Shown one piece after another: positions 17,366 to 26,485 of a stretch of DNA of 33,676 bases; within the stretch, counting starts at the first letter, position 1, and each line of letters opens with the position of its first letter. This stretch comes from a virus (lineage: Duplodnaviria > Caudoviricetes): IMG/VR virus record IMGVR_UViG_3300032257_000075, positions 1 to 33,676 of that record. One strand, given 5' to 3'. A program made the position numbers and the translations under genes. The notes below the pieces were generated by a model. That model saw only the letters and a program-made list of their open reading frames with translations. It ran no database searches and was not told the DNA's origin.

Positions 17366-17685
17366 TTAGTAAAGAATTATTAAGTGAAGTGTTAGAAATC
17401 AGAGTACATGAAACATATTTCAGAGATGATGGTAAATTAGGGATTGATTATTTTAAAGGTGATAATAATGCAGTAGGGTTTAACTCTAGTATCAACACCT
17501 ACGAACTAGCTCATAAGTGTAAAGAGTGGGCTAGTAGTAATGGCTTTATTATATCGTCTACTTTATGCACGTGCAATATAAAAACGATGTTTAACCATGT
17601 ACCGCTACATAATTTTTATGGAGATACAGAGCCTGATGCGATTTTTAAAGCGTGTCAGCATATCTTAGACAACAAGGATAAGTAA
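17362..17685 (+). CDS. Hypothetical phage protein
   Basis: ATGA overlap; GAGGA RBS. Confidence 0.7.
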   Translation: MISKELLSEVLEIRVHETYFRDDGKLGIDYFKGDNNAVGFNSSINTYELAHKCKEWASSNGFIISSTLCTCNIKTMFNHVPLHNFYGDTEPDAIFKACQHILDNKDK

Positions 17686-18074
17686 TGTACTCAAAACAAG
17701 ATCAACTTAACCACGAACGTATAAAACCTAAACCAACTTCTACTTTTTGGAATCGTAAACCAATGAAGAAGAAGCGTATCACAACTGATGATGAACTAGC
17801 CTATAACCATTGGCTACACCATAAAGACCAAATGAAAAAATTTAAGTGTATGGTCTGTGGTTCTAAAGTACAGCACTATCACCACGTAAAAGAGTACAGC
17901 ACAGATAAAAAGCGTCAGAACGTGCAGATACCTTTATGCAACAAACATCATCTAGGAACAGAGTTATCACCTCATGGGAACGCTCCAAAGTGGAGAGAAA
18001 CATACTCTATGGAACATCAAGACAAAGTAGCTCACCTGCTACACTTACGATACTTAACAAGGGATACATTATGA
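17685..18074 (+). CDS. HNH-type nuclease (Ref/DUF968-like)
   Basis: CMVCG...HYHHV...IPLCNKHH...SPH. Confidence 0.7.
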   Translation: MYSKQDQLNHERIKPKPTSTFWNRKPMKKKRITTDDELAYNHWLHHKDQMKKFKCMVCGSKVQHYHHVKEYSTDKKRQNVQIPLCNKHHLGTELSPHGNAPKWRETYSMEHQDKVAHLLHLRYLTRDTL

Positions 18075-18214
18075 AAGATAAGTTTTTTATAGCAGTCGTA
18101 CTAGCACCACTAGCATTTATAGTAGTTTCAGTTTTTGTAGTAACACTTGAAAAGCAAAGAATACAAGACCTGTATAAAGACCACAACATATCAGTACCAA
18201 AGGTTTTCAGATGA
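18071..18214 (+). CDS. Small single-TM protein (47 aa)
   Basis: Probable start ATG 18071 (ATGA overlap, AAGGGA RBS) inside track ORF 17936-18214. Confidence 0.6.
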   Translation: MKDKFFIAVVLAPLAFIVVSVFVVTLEKQRIQDLYKDHNISVPKVFR

Positions 18215-18459
18215 TAATCACATATAACTACAACGGAATTAAAACAAGTATAGAGTCAGAAAAGCAAGAGCTAGTATTTACTCTAGCAATAGGTACTAAA
18301 TCATTTACTGTAATGGCAACAGATGATGAGGTCGAGCAGCTAAGATCAAAACTAAATGTAATGGACTGGAAAGAGTTTGAATGGAAAAACATCGTAGCTT
18401 TAGAAGCTTTGTGTAAGATGTATTATATTGTAATTACAGAAGGGGAGAAGGATAGATGA
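18211..18459 (+). CDS. Hypothetical protein
   Basis: ATGA-coupled 82-aa ORF. Confidence 0.6.
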   Translation: MIITYNYNGIKTSIESEKQELVFTLAIGTKSFTVMATDDEVEQLRSKLNVMDWKEFEWKNIVALEALCKMYYIVITEGEKDR

Positions 18460-18566
18460 CTAAAAAACAATTAGAACACGTTCATGTAAATCCAAAATAT
18501 AGATATAAACGGGTATCAAGAATTATTAAATTCTTAGGACGAAAAACAACTTTTAAAAGTAGATGA
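18456..18566 (+). CDS. Small basic hypothetical protein (36 aa)
   Basis: ATGA overlap and purine-rich RBS. Confidence 0.4.
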   Translation: MTKKQLEHVHVNPKYRYKRVSRIIKFLGRKTTFKSR

Positions 18567-18658
18567 CATTTACTACATCATATAAATAAAGAATTGAAAG
18601 CACTCTAATAACAACCAATACGAACAATAGCTTTAGTTAGCTTTAAAAAGGAGAAGTG

Positions 18659-18766
18659 ATGAGCCTACCAACATACACCATAGCATTCATAGGAGTAGTT
18701 CTAGCCGTAAGTTATTTTCTATGCTACATGGAAAAGAGAAGAATAAGAAAAATGTACAAGGACTGA
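18659..18766 (+). CDS. Small single-TM protein (35 aa)
   Basis: AAGGAG RBS; MSLPTYTIAFIGVVLAVSYFLCYMEKRR. Confidence 0.55.
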   Translation: MSLPTYTIAFIGVVLAVSYFLCYMEKRRIRKMYKD

Positions 18767-18767
18767 T

Positions 18768-19013
18768 ATGTTTACTAAAGCAGATTTATTGGGAATATCA
18801 CTAGCTGAATATTGTCAACGTCAGGACATAACTGTTAAAGACCTGATATACAAGAAGCAAAACGACCTACATATTTTAAACGATCACTACCACAAACTAG
18901 CAAGTCAAAGCGTTTTAAGTGCTTATGATATAAGTCTAGTAGTAGCAATCAATGAAGAACGTGATAAGGTTAGAGCTAAGTTAAAAGAGTATAGAGAGGT
19001 GGAAGATGACTAA
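18768..19013 (+). CDS. Hypothetical protein
   Basis: AAGGA RBS; 81 aa. Confidence 0.65.
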   Translation: MFTKADLLGISLAEYCQRQDITVKDLIYKKQNDLHILNDHYHKLASQSVLSAYDISLVVAINEERDKVRAKLKEYREVEDD

Positions 19014-19395
19014 AATGTTTATATACAACAAAGTACCTATACCTGCATCACGACCAAGAGTAACAAAGCGTGGCACATACACAGCAGAACCTTACAACAG
19101 CTACAAAAAAGCCATGTCTCTATGGGCTAAACAAAACTTCAAGCCTTTAGATGGTGCAGTATCTCTACACGTTTATTTTTATATGCCGATACCTAAAAGC
19201 CTAAGCAAGAAGAAAAAAGAAGCGATCAACGGAGGGTGGCATATCAAGCGACCAGATGCAGATAATCTAGTAAAGGCTGTGAAAGATGCTTTAAATGGTT
19301 ATGCGTATCATGATGACAGTCAAGTGTCTGTACTGTTTACTCAAAAGAAGTATAGTGCAGCACCACGTACAGAAATAGTAATAGCAACAATCTAA
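19006..19395 (+). CDS. rusA: RusA-family Holliday junction resolvase
   Basis: P.PASRPR, KRPDADNLVKAVKDALNG..Y.DDSQV, KKY. Confidence 0.92.
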   Translation: MTKMFIYNKVPIPASRPRVTKRGTYTAEPYNSYKKAMSLWAKQNFKPLDGAVSLHVYFYMPIPKSLSKKKKEAINGGWHIKRPDADNLVKAVKDALNGYAYHDDSQVSVLFTQKKYSAAPRTEIVIATI

Positions 19396-19404
19396 GGAGA
19401 TAAG

Positions 19405-19695
19405 ATGAATTTATATCTAATATCACAAAACATGAATAATGATTATGATACATATGACTCAGCAGTAGTAAGTGCAAACAGTGTAAAAGAAGCACAAAAC
19501 ATACACCCAAATCATGAATGGTATACGTTTAAAGATGGTAAAGAGTATAAAATAGGAGATACCACAAAGAATGGATATTTTAATAATTCAAGGACATCAT
19601 GGGTAAAAGAATCATACAACGTAAAAGTAACACTACTAGGTAAATACGCAGGTAATGACTCACGTGTAATACTAGCTTCATTTAATGCAGGATAA
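19405..19695 (+). CDS. Hypothetical phage protein
   Basis: MNLYLISQ..N.DYDTYDSAVV.A...VILASFNAG pattern; AAGGAG RBS. Confidence 0.7.
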   Translation: MNLYLISQNMNNDYDTYDSAVVSANSVKEAQNIHPNHEWYTFKDGKEYKIGDTTKNGYFNNSRTSWVKESYNVKVTLLGKYAGNDSRVILASFNAG

Positions 19696-19710
19696 TAGTA
19701 TAAAGCTACA

Positions 19711-19731
19711 TTAAGGTTACTAAGGTATAGT
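19711..19731 (+). promoter_or_regulatory. Promoter/operator motif copy 3
   Basis: TTAAGGTTACTAAGGTATAGT followed by GGAGG RBS and ATG 19756. Confidence 0.65.
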
Positions 19732-19755
19732 TATATTATAGATGGAGGTTAACAC

Positions 19756-19902
19756 ATGAGAATAGACACAGAGCAATTACAATCATTTCACGGGTCTGCA
19801 CTATATTCAATGCAGAAAGTAAGAGATGCTAAAAGAAAGTTATTAGAACTTAAAGCTATAGTAGCCAGAGAGAAAGCAAAAGCAAAGGGAAACAATGGCT
19901 AA
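19756..19902 (+). CDS. Hypothetical 48-aa protein; not in ORF track
   Basis: GGAGG RBS; coupled to next ORF. Confidence 0.6.
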   Translation: MRIDTEQLQSFHGSALYSMQKVRDAKRKLLELKAIVAREKAKAKGNNG

Positions 19903-20068
19903 AGCACGTACAAAACTACCAAATGGTAAGAAGCCTAGTTATAAACAACTAGAGGAAAGCTTCTTAGATTTATGGGATAAAACACAGATATTAATCAAAG
20001 ATCAAGAAAGACTAAACCAAGAATTAGCAGATGCACGGTATACTATAGGCAAACTAAAAGGAAACTAA
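19895..20068 (+). CDS. Hypothetical 57-aa coiled-coil protein; not in ORF track
   Basis: AAGGGA RBS; overlaps previous stop. Confidence 0.6.
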   Translation: MAKARTKLPNGKKPSYKQLEESFLDLWDKTQILIKDQERLNQELADARYTIGKLKGN

Positions 20069-20069
20069 G

Positions 20070-20243
20070 ATGCCTAAAACAAAAATATACACAGCAAACA
20101 GACTAAGAAACACTAACACAAGAAACAAGAAGTTAGGTTTGATGAATGCCATAAGTCAAGACTCTAGCAGTGAAAAAGACGTATGGAAAAGAATCATGGA
20201 AGAAGAACTAAAAGAGCGAGAAAAAAGAGAACAAGGAAAGTAA
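20070..20243 (+). CDS. Hypothetical 57-aa protein; not in ORF track
   Basis: AAGGA RBS; fills the gap between neighbours. Confidence 0.6.
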   Translation: MPKTKIYTANRLRNTNTRNKKLGLMNAISQDSSSEKDVWKRIMEEELKEREKREQGK

Positions 20244-20244
20244 A

Positions 20245-20487
20245 ATGAAAACTTTATTAACAATGTTATTATTGATCACTACACTATCAGCCAGTACAGT
20301 ACAAGTACAGCTCAACAAAGAGTTAGATAAATGTGCAGATGCAGGTAAACAAAAAGTAAGTTGTATCGACTATGCTTATAAGTATGTAAAGAAAGCTAAG
20401 TTATCACCTACAAGTGCTAGAAACTCACTATTTCTATGTGCTACAGCGTGTATAGACCCTGTTAAGTATCATAATAGTTTAAGATAG
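20245..20487 (+). CDS. Small secreted Cys-containing protein
   Basis: Signal peptide MKTLLTMLLLITTLSA; four Cys. Confidence 0.65.
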   Translation: MKTLLTMLLLITTLSASTVQVQLNKELDKCADAGKQKVSCIDYAYKYVKKAKLSPTSARNSLFLCATACIDPVKYHNSLR

Positions 20488-20494
20488 GCAAGTT

Positions 20495-20605
20495 ATGTAT
20501 GAGAAAGTAGCTATATTACTCATAGTGGTATTCGTTTCGCTTTTATCACCTATGATACTATTTGCAATGGGTATTGAAAAAATAATACTTAGGTTTGAAT
20601 CATAA
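20495..20605 (+). CDS. Small hydrophobic protein (36 aa)
   Basis: TM-like segment; TAATG overlap with terS. Confidence 0.45.
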   Translation: MYEKVAILLIVVFVSLLSPMILFAMGIEKIILRFES

Positions 20606-21138
20606 TGGCACTATCTAGTGAGCAGAAAGAACAAATAAGAGCTTTAGTATCAGTAGGTGATTTATCTAATGTACAGATAGGTGATGAAGTAGGCACATCA
20701 GAGAAAACAGTACGTAATCTAATAGCTAAAGAAGGGTTGGTAAAGTCCGAGATAAAAGACCTTGTAAAGCGTGAGATTACTAATACTATAATAGGGAATG
20801 AAATTAAGTCCGAGAAGTCCGAGCTAAGTCCGAAGCAAAAAGAAGCCTATGATGAAGTGCTTATAACTATGTCTCAAAGCATGAACCTATTTAATAATGC
20901 AACTATAGATAATCAACTGTTAGTAAACCAAGCACAAGACCATATAAAGCAAGCAGTAGAAGATAACCCAGAGATGATATTAGATCACTTACCTAATTTA
21001 ATGGCTGCAGGTAAGATGACTGAAACAAACCGTAAACAGCTACTGGGCTTAACAGAGCCTTATAAAGCACCTAAAGAAGATGCAAACAACGATGAACCTA
21101 CAACAGTAGTTTATGTTGAAGATACAAAAGGAGCGTAG
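20605..21138 (+). CDS. terS: Terminase small subunit
   Basis: N-terminal HTH (SNVQIGDEVGTSEKTVRNL), helical body, lies upstream of terL. Confidence 0.65.
   Translation: MALSSEQKEQIRALVSVGDLSNVQIGDEVGTSEKTVRNLIAKEGLVKSEIKDLVKREITNTIIGNEIKSEKSELSPKQKEAYDEVLITMSQSMNLFNNATIDNQLLVNQAQDHIKQAVEDNPEMILDHLPNLMAAGKMTETNRKQLLGLTEPYKAPKEDANNDEPTTVVYVEDTKGA
20743..20833 (+). repeat. Four AAGTCCGA(G) direct repeats within terS, candidate pac region
   Basis: Copies at 20743, 20806, 20815, 20826. Confidence 0.6.
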
Positions 21139-21327
21139 ATGTTTAATATTTTTAAGTTATTTAGAAAGAAAAAAAAACTAACTAAATCTAAACAAGAAAT
21201 GTACAATAAAGAAGTATTGGAAATCTTTGCATCTCATACTCTAGAGGAACTATGTACACCTAAAGATATAATTAGAAGTGGTAAAACATATTCTTTCAGA
21301 AAGACAGATAGTGAAAAAAGCTCTTAA
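21139..21327 (+). CDS. Hypothetical basic protein
   Basis: AAGGAG RBS; 62 aa between terS and terL. Confidence 0.55.
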   Translation: MFNIFKLFRKKKKLTKSKQEMYNKEVLEIFASHTLEELCTPKDIIRSGKTYSFRKTDSEKSS

Positions 21328-22606
21328 CCTACTACCTCATCAATTCCAATTACTAATAGACGTACATACAAAGATACTAGGTCTAGTAAGTGGTTTCGGG
21401 GCCGGGAAAACTTATGCAGTAGCACGTAAAGCTGTTGATCTTGCAATGCGTAATGCAGGTTGTGATGGTATCGTAACAGAACCTAACTTCCCACTATTAA
21501 CTCAAATCTTAATACCAGAACTAAAAGATGCTTTAAACTTCTACAATATCCCTTATGAGTATAAAGCAGGTGAGAGTATCTTCTACTGTACTATAGAGGG
21601 TAAAGAAACACGTATCATCTGTAAGAGTATGGAAGGATATGAAAGACTCATCGGTATAAATGCTGCATGGGTAGTTATGGATGAGTTCGATACAGCTAAA
21701 CCAGACCTAGCATATAACGCATACATCAAACTATTAGGTCGTATACGTGTAGGTACAGTAAGACAAATGGTTATTGTATCAACACCAGAAGGCTTTAGGT
21801 CTATGTATCGTATCTTTGTAGAAGAAGCAGATGAGAATAAGCGACTGATCAAAGCTAAGACTACAGACAACTACCACCTACCACAAGATTACATCGATAC
21901 TATGAAGTCACAATACCCACCTGAGTTAATAGGTGCATACTTAGATGGAGAGTTCACCAATCTTACAAGTGGTACAGTCTATACACAGTTTGATAGAACA
22001 CTTAATGATACAGCAACAGATGATGATGGTATAAGTGATATACACATAGGCATTGACTTTAATGTATCAGCTATGAGTGCTATTGCTTGTTTAATTAAAG
22101 ATCAGAAAGTATATGCTGTTGATGAGTTTGTAGATTTATTTGATACACCAGAGCTAGTAGGAGTGTTAGAAAATAAGTATAGAGGACGTAGAGTATATTG
22201 CTACCCTGATGCTGCAGGTAACGCAAGGAAAAGCGTACAGGCTAGTACATCTGATATCAACTTACTTAAACAAGCAGGGTTTTATATACGTGCAGACTCT
22301 AAGAATCCTGCAATCATGGACAGAGTTAATAGCATGAACTCACTATTTAGTAATGCAGTAGGTTTACGTAGACTATTTATCAATACTAACTTATGTCCTA
22401 AGCTCACAAAGGCAGTAGAGCAACAAGCATACGATGAGAACACAAAGATGCCTGATAAGAAAAGTGGACACGATAATAAAGGTATCGATGCTATAGGATA
22501 CTTAGTAGCTAAGTTATTCTCAGTACGTGCAGTTCTTAGACCTCATCAGAGCCATGATCAAAACGTAGTAGTACATGAGAAAGATTGGAGCATTTATGAT
22601 AGTTAG
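21278..22606 (+). CDS. terL: Terminase large subunit (start could be GTG 21311)
   Basis: LPHQ, Walker A SGFGAGKT, Walker B VVMDE, VSTP, nuclease IGIDFN...DAIGY. Confidence 0.95.
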   Translation: MVKHILSERQIVKKALNLLPHQFQLLIDVHTKILGLVSGFGAGKTYAVARKAVDLAMRNAGCDGIVTEPNFPLLTQILIPELKDALNFYNIPYEYKAGESIFYCTIEGKETRIICKSMEGYERLIGINAAWVVMDEFDTAKPDLAYNAYIKLLGRIRVGTVRQMVIVSTPEGFRSMYRIFVEEADENKRLIKAKTTDNYHLPQDYIDTMKSQYPPELIGAYLDGEFTNLTSGTVYTQFDRTLNDTATDDDGISDIHIGIDFNVSAMSAIACLIKDQKVYAVDEFVDLFDTPELVGVLENKYRGRRVYCYPDAAGNARKSVQASTSDINLLKQAGFYIRADSKNPAIMDRVNSMNSLFSNAVGLRRLFINTNLCPKLTKAVEQQAYDENTKMPDKKSGHDNKGIDAIGYLVAKLFSVRAVLRPHQSHDQNVVVHEKDWSIYDS

Positions 22607-22928
22607 AGATGATAGGTACTTAGAGTTTGTATCTAATAAGATGGATATAGATGATTTAGACATGGCTGAATATAAAAATACTCATCATTTAAACTACTTT
22701 GGAGATGACAGCGATTACTTTTTATGTGTTGCCTTTGAAGATGGCTATATGTTTATCTACTTTGCATGGCACGAAGGAACGCATAAGGCACGTAGGGGAC
22801 TATGGAAAACAGTCATGGAGTTAGTAAGGCTAAGTGAAAACCATGTTTACTATACAACTACCCAAGAAAACCTGCATAGTAATCATAATAGACACATAAG
22901 AGACGACTTATACCAACTAATTGTATAA
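22596..22928 (+). CDS. Hypothetical protein between terL and portal
   Basis: Probable start ATG 22596 after GGAG RBS. Confidence 0.6.
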   Translation: MIVRDDRYLEFVSNKMDIDDLDMAEYKNTHHLNYFGDDSDYFLCVAFEDGYMFIYFAWHEGTHKARRGLWKTVMELVRLSENHVYYTTTQENLHSNHNRHIRDDLYQLIV

Positions 22929-22943
22929 TTATTAACCATTTTA

Positions 22944-22952
22944 TGGTACAAT
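22944..22952 (+). promoter_or_regulatory. Extended -10 promoter for structural genes
   Basis: TGGTACAAT in the intergenic gap. Confidence 0.55.
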
Positions 22953-22982
22953 TAAGCAACAATTTAATAAAAGAGGTGCAGT

Positions 22983-23375
22983 ATGGGTGGTAGTAATCCG
23001 TTAAAGAAGATAGAAGGGAAGCTTAAAAGTGCTTCTAAGAAGTTCGACCCTACAAGTAAAAGAGGGTTAGCTAATATCGGTAGTATGGCTACCCTAGGTG
23101 CATATGACCCTGCAAGACAAGCTATGAGAACAGATGCAGGTCGTGATGTAGCAGCGGTAGGTACTTTTGGTGCAGCAGAAGGTAGTCGTGAGCGTGAAGG
23201 AAGAATGGAGATGGAAGCAGCTGAAAGAGAGCAAGAGTCTCTACTAGAACAACAAAAGCAAGAAGCACAAACGGAAATGGACGAAAGAAAAGGACGCATG
23301 AAGAAGTTACGACAAGGTAGACGTGGTTTACTAAGTGGTAGCGTCAAAGGCTCAGATAGACAAATTATAGGTTAA
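22983..23375 (+). CDS. Putative virion protein preceding portal
   Basis: GAGGT RBS; MGG start, coiled coil, C-terminal RRGLLSG typical of pre-portal podovirus proteins. Confidence 0.6.
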   Translation: MGGSNPLKKIEGKLKSASKKFDPTSKRGLANIGSMATLGAYDPARQAMRTDAGRDVAAVGTFGAAEGSREREGRMEMEAAEREQESLLEQQKQEAQTEMDERKGRMKKLRQGRRGLLSGSVKGSDRQIIG

Positions 23376-23384
23376 GGATTAGAT

Positions 23385-23576
23385 ATGTTTAAAAGTATTA
23401 ATTTCACAGTGATTAGATGTTTAGATTGTTCAAAAGTTTTCAAGATTGAGCCAAATAGACCTTTCGAGTCTATCACATGTGACTGTGTTAAAGAACCAAG
23501 AGCAGAACTTAAAGTAGTAGATACTAAGAAGCCTAAGCAGAATAGATCACATAATAGAAACAACAAAGAGTCGTAA
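23385..23576 (+). CDS. Small Zn-binding hypothetical protein
   Basis: CLDC...CDC; AAGGA RBS; TAATG overlap with portal. Confidence 0.55.
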   Translation: MFKSINFTVIRCLDCSKVFKIEPNRPFESITCDCVKEPRAELKVVDTKKPKQNRSHNRNNKES

Positions 23577-25123
23577 TGGCAGCACTTGATGTAGCGTCCA
23601 TGATCAAGCGTGTGAACGCTGCTCGTGCGACCAAAGAACTATGGAAAGATGAACTTAGACAATGCTATAGGTATACTATACCTCATAAGCAGACCTTTGA
23701 TGAGTTTAGTCGTGGTCAAAACAAACATGAGTACGTGTTTGATAGTACCGCAGTAGTAGGTGTAGAAAAGTATGCTTCACGTATGCAGTCACAGCTAGTA
23801 CCACCTTGGAAAAACTGGGCTAAACTTGAAGCAGGTACAGACATACCAGAAGATGAGAAAGAAAAAGTAGACCAATATCTAGAACAAGCCACTAAGGTTA
23901 TCTTTGATCATTTAAATCATTCTAACTTCTCAACACAAATACACGAAGCATTCTTAGATTTATCTATCAGTACAGGTGCTATCATCTGTGAAGAAGGCGA
24001 TGGTATCAAAACCTCTCTTAACTTTAGAAGCGTGTCTTTATCTGAAATACTTATTGAACAGACTACAAGAGGTTTAGTAGAGAACGTATGGAGAGATCTA
24101 AAAGTACCTGCTAGAGATATACAGCATGTCTGGAAGAAAGCAAAGTTAAATGCAGACTTACAAAAGATAGTCAACGATTCACCTGAAAAAGAGATACCTT
24201 TAGTTGAGGGTGTAGTATACGATGATGAAACACGTATGTATCGTAGCTTTTTAATGAGTGAAGCACATCAATTTGTTATGTTTGAAGAGATGCTAGAAAC
24301 TTCACCTTGGATTGTATTTCGTGAAAGCGTTATTGCAGGTGAAACACTAGGACGTGGTAGAGTTATGACTTTACTATATGACATTAAGACACTTAATAAA
24401 ATTGTAGAGTTTAACTTAGAGAACGCTGCTATGGCTTCATCTGGTATCTATACTGCAACTGATGATGGAGTTATTAACCCTTACAATATCCGTATTAGAC
24501 CACGTGCTATTATTCCAGTAGGCAGTAACGATAATGCAAACCCAACACTAAGACCATTACCACAAGCAGGTAACTTTGATCTAACACAAGTAAGTATCAA
24601 TGATTTACGTGACAACATCAGAGAGTACCTTTATTCACAGCCTTTTGGTGGAGCTGAGTCACAACCTCAACGTACAGCTTTAGAGATGGGTATCCGTAAT
24701 GATGACTTTATGCAAACTACATCAAGTGCTTATACACGCTTACAGACAGAGTTACTAGATAGATTGTTAACTCGTATCGTAGATATCCTTAAAAAAGCAG
24801 GTAAGATAGCACCTATGAGCGTAGATGGTAAAGAGGTTACTATTAAGTTTACTTCTCCTATCGCACGCAAGCAAGACGTGGAAGAACTAGAAAGTACATC
24901 TACTTTTGCTCAGTATATGCAAATCATGCCACCAGAAGTAGCACAAGAAGAAATAAACTATGGAAATATCGTTAAGAACTTAGTTAAGACTACTGGTGTT
25001 CCTAAAGATTATCAGTATAGTGATGAAGAGAAAGAAGAACGTGCAGCACAACAAGCACAAGCACGTGAAGAAGCTATGGCTTTAGCACAACAAGAAGCAC
25101 AACAAGAAGGAGGTGAATCATAA
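23576..25123 (+). CDS. Portal (head-to-tail connector) protein
   Basis: FDSTA, LVPP..NW, HSNF...HEAFLDL...TG, PWIVFR...GETLGRG, RTALE typical of podovirus portals. Confidence 0.92.
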   Translation: MAALDVASMIKRVNAARATKELWKDELRQCYRYTIPHKQTFDEFSRGQNKHEYVFDSTAVVGVEKYASRMQSQLVPPWKNWAKLEAGTDIPEDEKEKVDQYLEQATKVIFDHLNHSNFSTQIHEAFLDLSISTGAIICEEGDGIKTSLNFRSVSLSEILIEQTTRGLVENVWRDLKVPARDIQHVWKKAKLNADLQKIVNDSPEKEIPLVEGVVYDDETRMYRSFLMSEAHQFVMFEEMLETSPWIVFRESVIAGETLGRGRVMTLLYDIKTLNKIVEFNLENAAMASSGIYTATDDGVINPYNIRIRPRAIIPVGSNDNANPTLRPLPQAGNFDLTQVSINDLRDNIREYLYSQPFGGAESQPQRTALEMGIRNDDFMQTTSSAYTRLQTELLDRLLTRIVDILKKAGKIAPMSVDGKEVTIKFTSPIARKQDVEELESTSTFAQYMQIMPPEVAQEEINYGNIVKNLVKTTGVPKDYQYSDEEKEERAAQQAQAREEAMALAQQEAQQEGGES

Positions 25124-25419
25124 TGAAGTTAGCAGATGAAGTATATGTATCTAGATTTGCACCACCAGAAGAGCATGAGTTAAGCGATGCAGAACGCTTT
25201 GAGTTAGAAAGAGAAGTTATGGCTTCGAACTACTTAGAGTTATTTAGCTCTAAGTTAGGTCAGACAGTCTTAAAGGATTTAGTATCTAAATATCTTACTG
25301 CACCTTTTGCACACCCTATGTCTACACAAGTAGAAGTAGGTATCAGAGAAGGTGAAGCTAAAGTAGTTAGACGAATTATCCATTTAAGAGATCACGCACA
25401 AGGAATAAAAAATGGCTGA
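25123..25419 (+). CDS. Post-portal podovirus protein
   Basis: FSSKLGQTVLKDL...REGE..VVRRI pattern common downstream of podovirus portals. Confidence 0.7.
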   Translation: MKLADEVYVSRFAPPEEHELSDAERFELEREVMASNYLELFSSKLGQTVLKDLVSKYLTAPFAHPMSTQVEVGIREGEAKVVRRIIHLRDHAQGIKNG

Positions 25420-26485
25420 TAGACAATTACAGAACATACTATCTAGTGGTGAAGTAACAAACGTACAAGTAGGTGGAGCAACAGTAGCAGATGCTTTACT
25501 AACACGTGCAGAATTAGATGCAGAGTATTTAACAAATGATGGTAGTAATGTTGCAACTAATATTAAATTTGACCCTCAAAGCTCAACACCTACATATACA
25601 GAAGGTCAAGAGTATTATGACTTAATCACAGGAACTAAACGTATCCAAGGTCCATTCTCAGATGTAGAAATAGCAGTAGGACATGGGCAACACATGCACG
25701 TAGAAAACAACAGTGGTGCTTTGATTGAAAAAGGTAGTGCTGTTAGACAAAATGGTGTTATTGCTGGTAAGATTCAAGTAGTAAAAGCAATAGCAGATAC
25801 ATTTGATAATGCACGTATGATTGGTATTGCAGCACATGACATTGCAGATGGTGCAGAGGGTGCTGCTCAGACGTTCGGTGAGATTAGAACTTTAGATACT
25901 TCTGCTTTTTCTGTTGGCGTTCCATTGTATCTAAGTGATACAGTAGCAGGTACTTTTACATCTATAGCACCTGATATTATTTCACGTATTGGTGGTGTTA
26001 CAGTTAGTGATTTAACTAATGGTATCTTATTTGTTTATATCATCAATAATAAGAACTTACCACAAGTTGTTGGTGGTATGCAAGGTCAAAACACACCAGT
26101 ATATGCAGTAACAGGGGTTGCACAAGATATTGTTGACTATACTACATCTGAATCAATCGTAGTAACTACCGATATCTTAAATGGTACTGTAACACTTCCT
26201 AATGATGGTGCTTATCGTATGCACTTCACTGCTTCTATATCCTTTCCATCAGCGACAAGTACAAGAGCTGTTACTTTTGAGTTCTATGATCAAACAAACA
26301 CAGCCATTCTTTTTTCTTATGTTAAAAACATACCTAGAGATGCTACAGATGATGGTTTAGGTTTTAGTTTTCCTATTAATGGGCTAGCTAATGATATTTA
26401 TAAGATGAGAATATATGCAAGTGCATCTTTTAACGTAACATTCAATGATGTATCGTTCGATGTTGAGTCGGTAAATATTAGGTAA
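25412..26485 (+). CDS. Putative head/tail fibre-like structural protein
   Basis: N.SG..I.KG..V...A.AD....IGIA..DIADG...LYLS...G.FT domain plus beta-rich C1q/TNF-like C-terminus. Confidence 0.6.
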   Translation: MADRQLQNILSSGEVTNVQVGGATVADALLTRAELDAEYLTNDGSNVATNIKFDPQSSTPTYTEGQEYYDLITGTKRIQGPFSDVEIAVGHGQHMHVENNSGALIEKGSAVRQNGVIAGKIQVVKAIADTFDNARMIGIAAHDIADGAEGAAQTFGEIRTLDTSAFSVGVPLYLSDTVAGTFTSIAPDIISRIGGVTVSDLTNGILFVYIINNKNLPQVVGGMQGQNTPVYAVTGVAQDIVDYTTSESIVVTTDILNGTVTLPNDGAYRMHFTASISFPSATSTRAVTFEFYDQTNTAILFSYVKNIPRDATDDGLGFSFPINGLANDIYKMRIYASASFNVTFNDVSFDVESVNIR

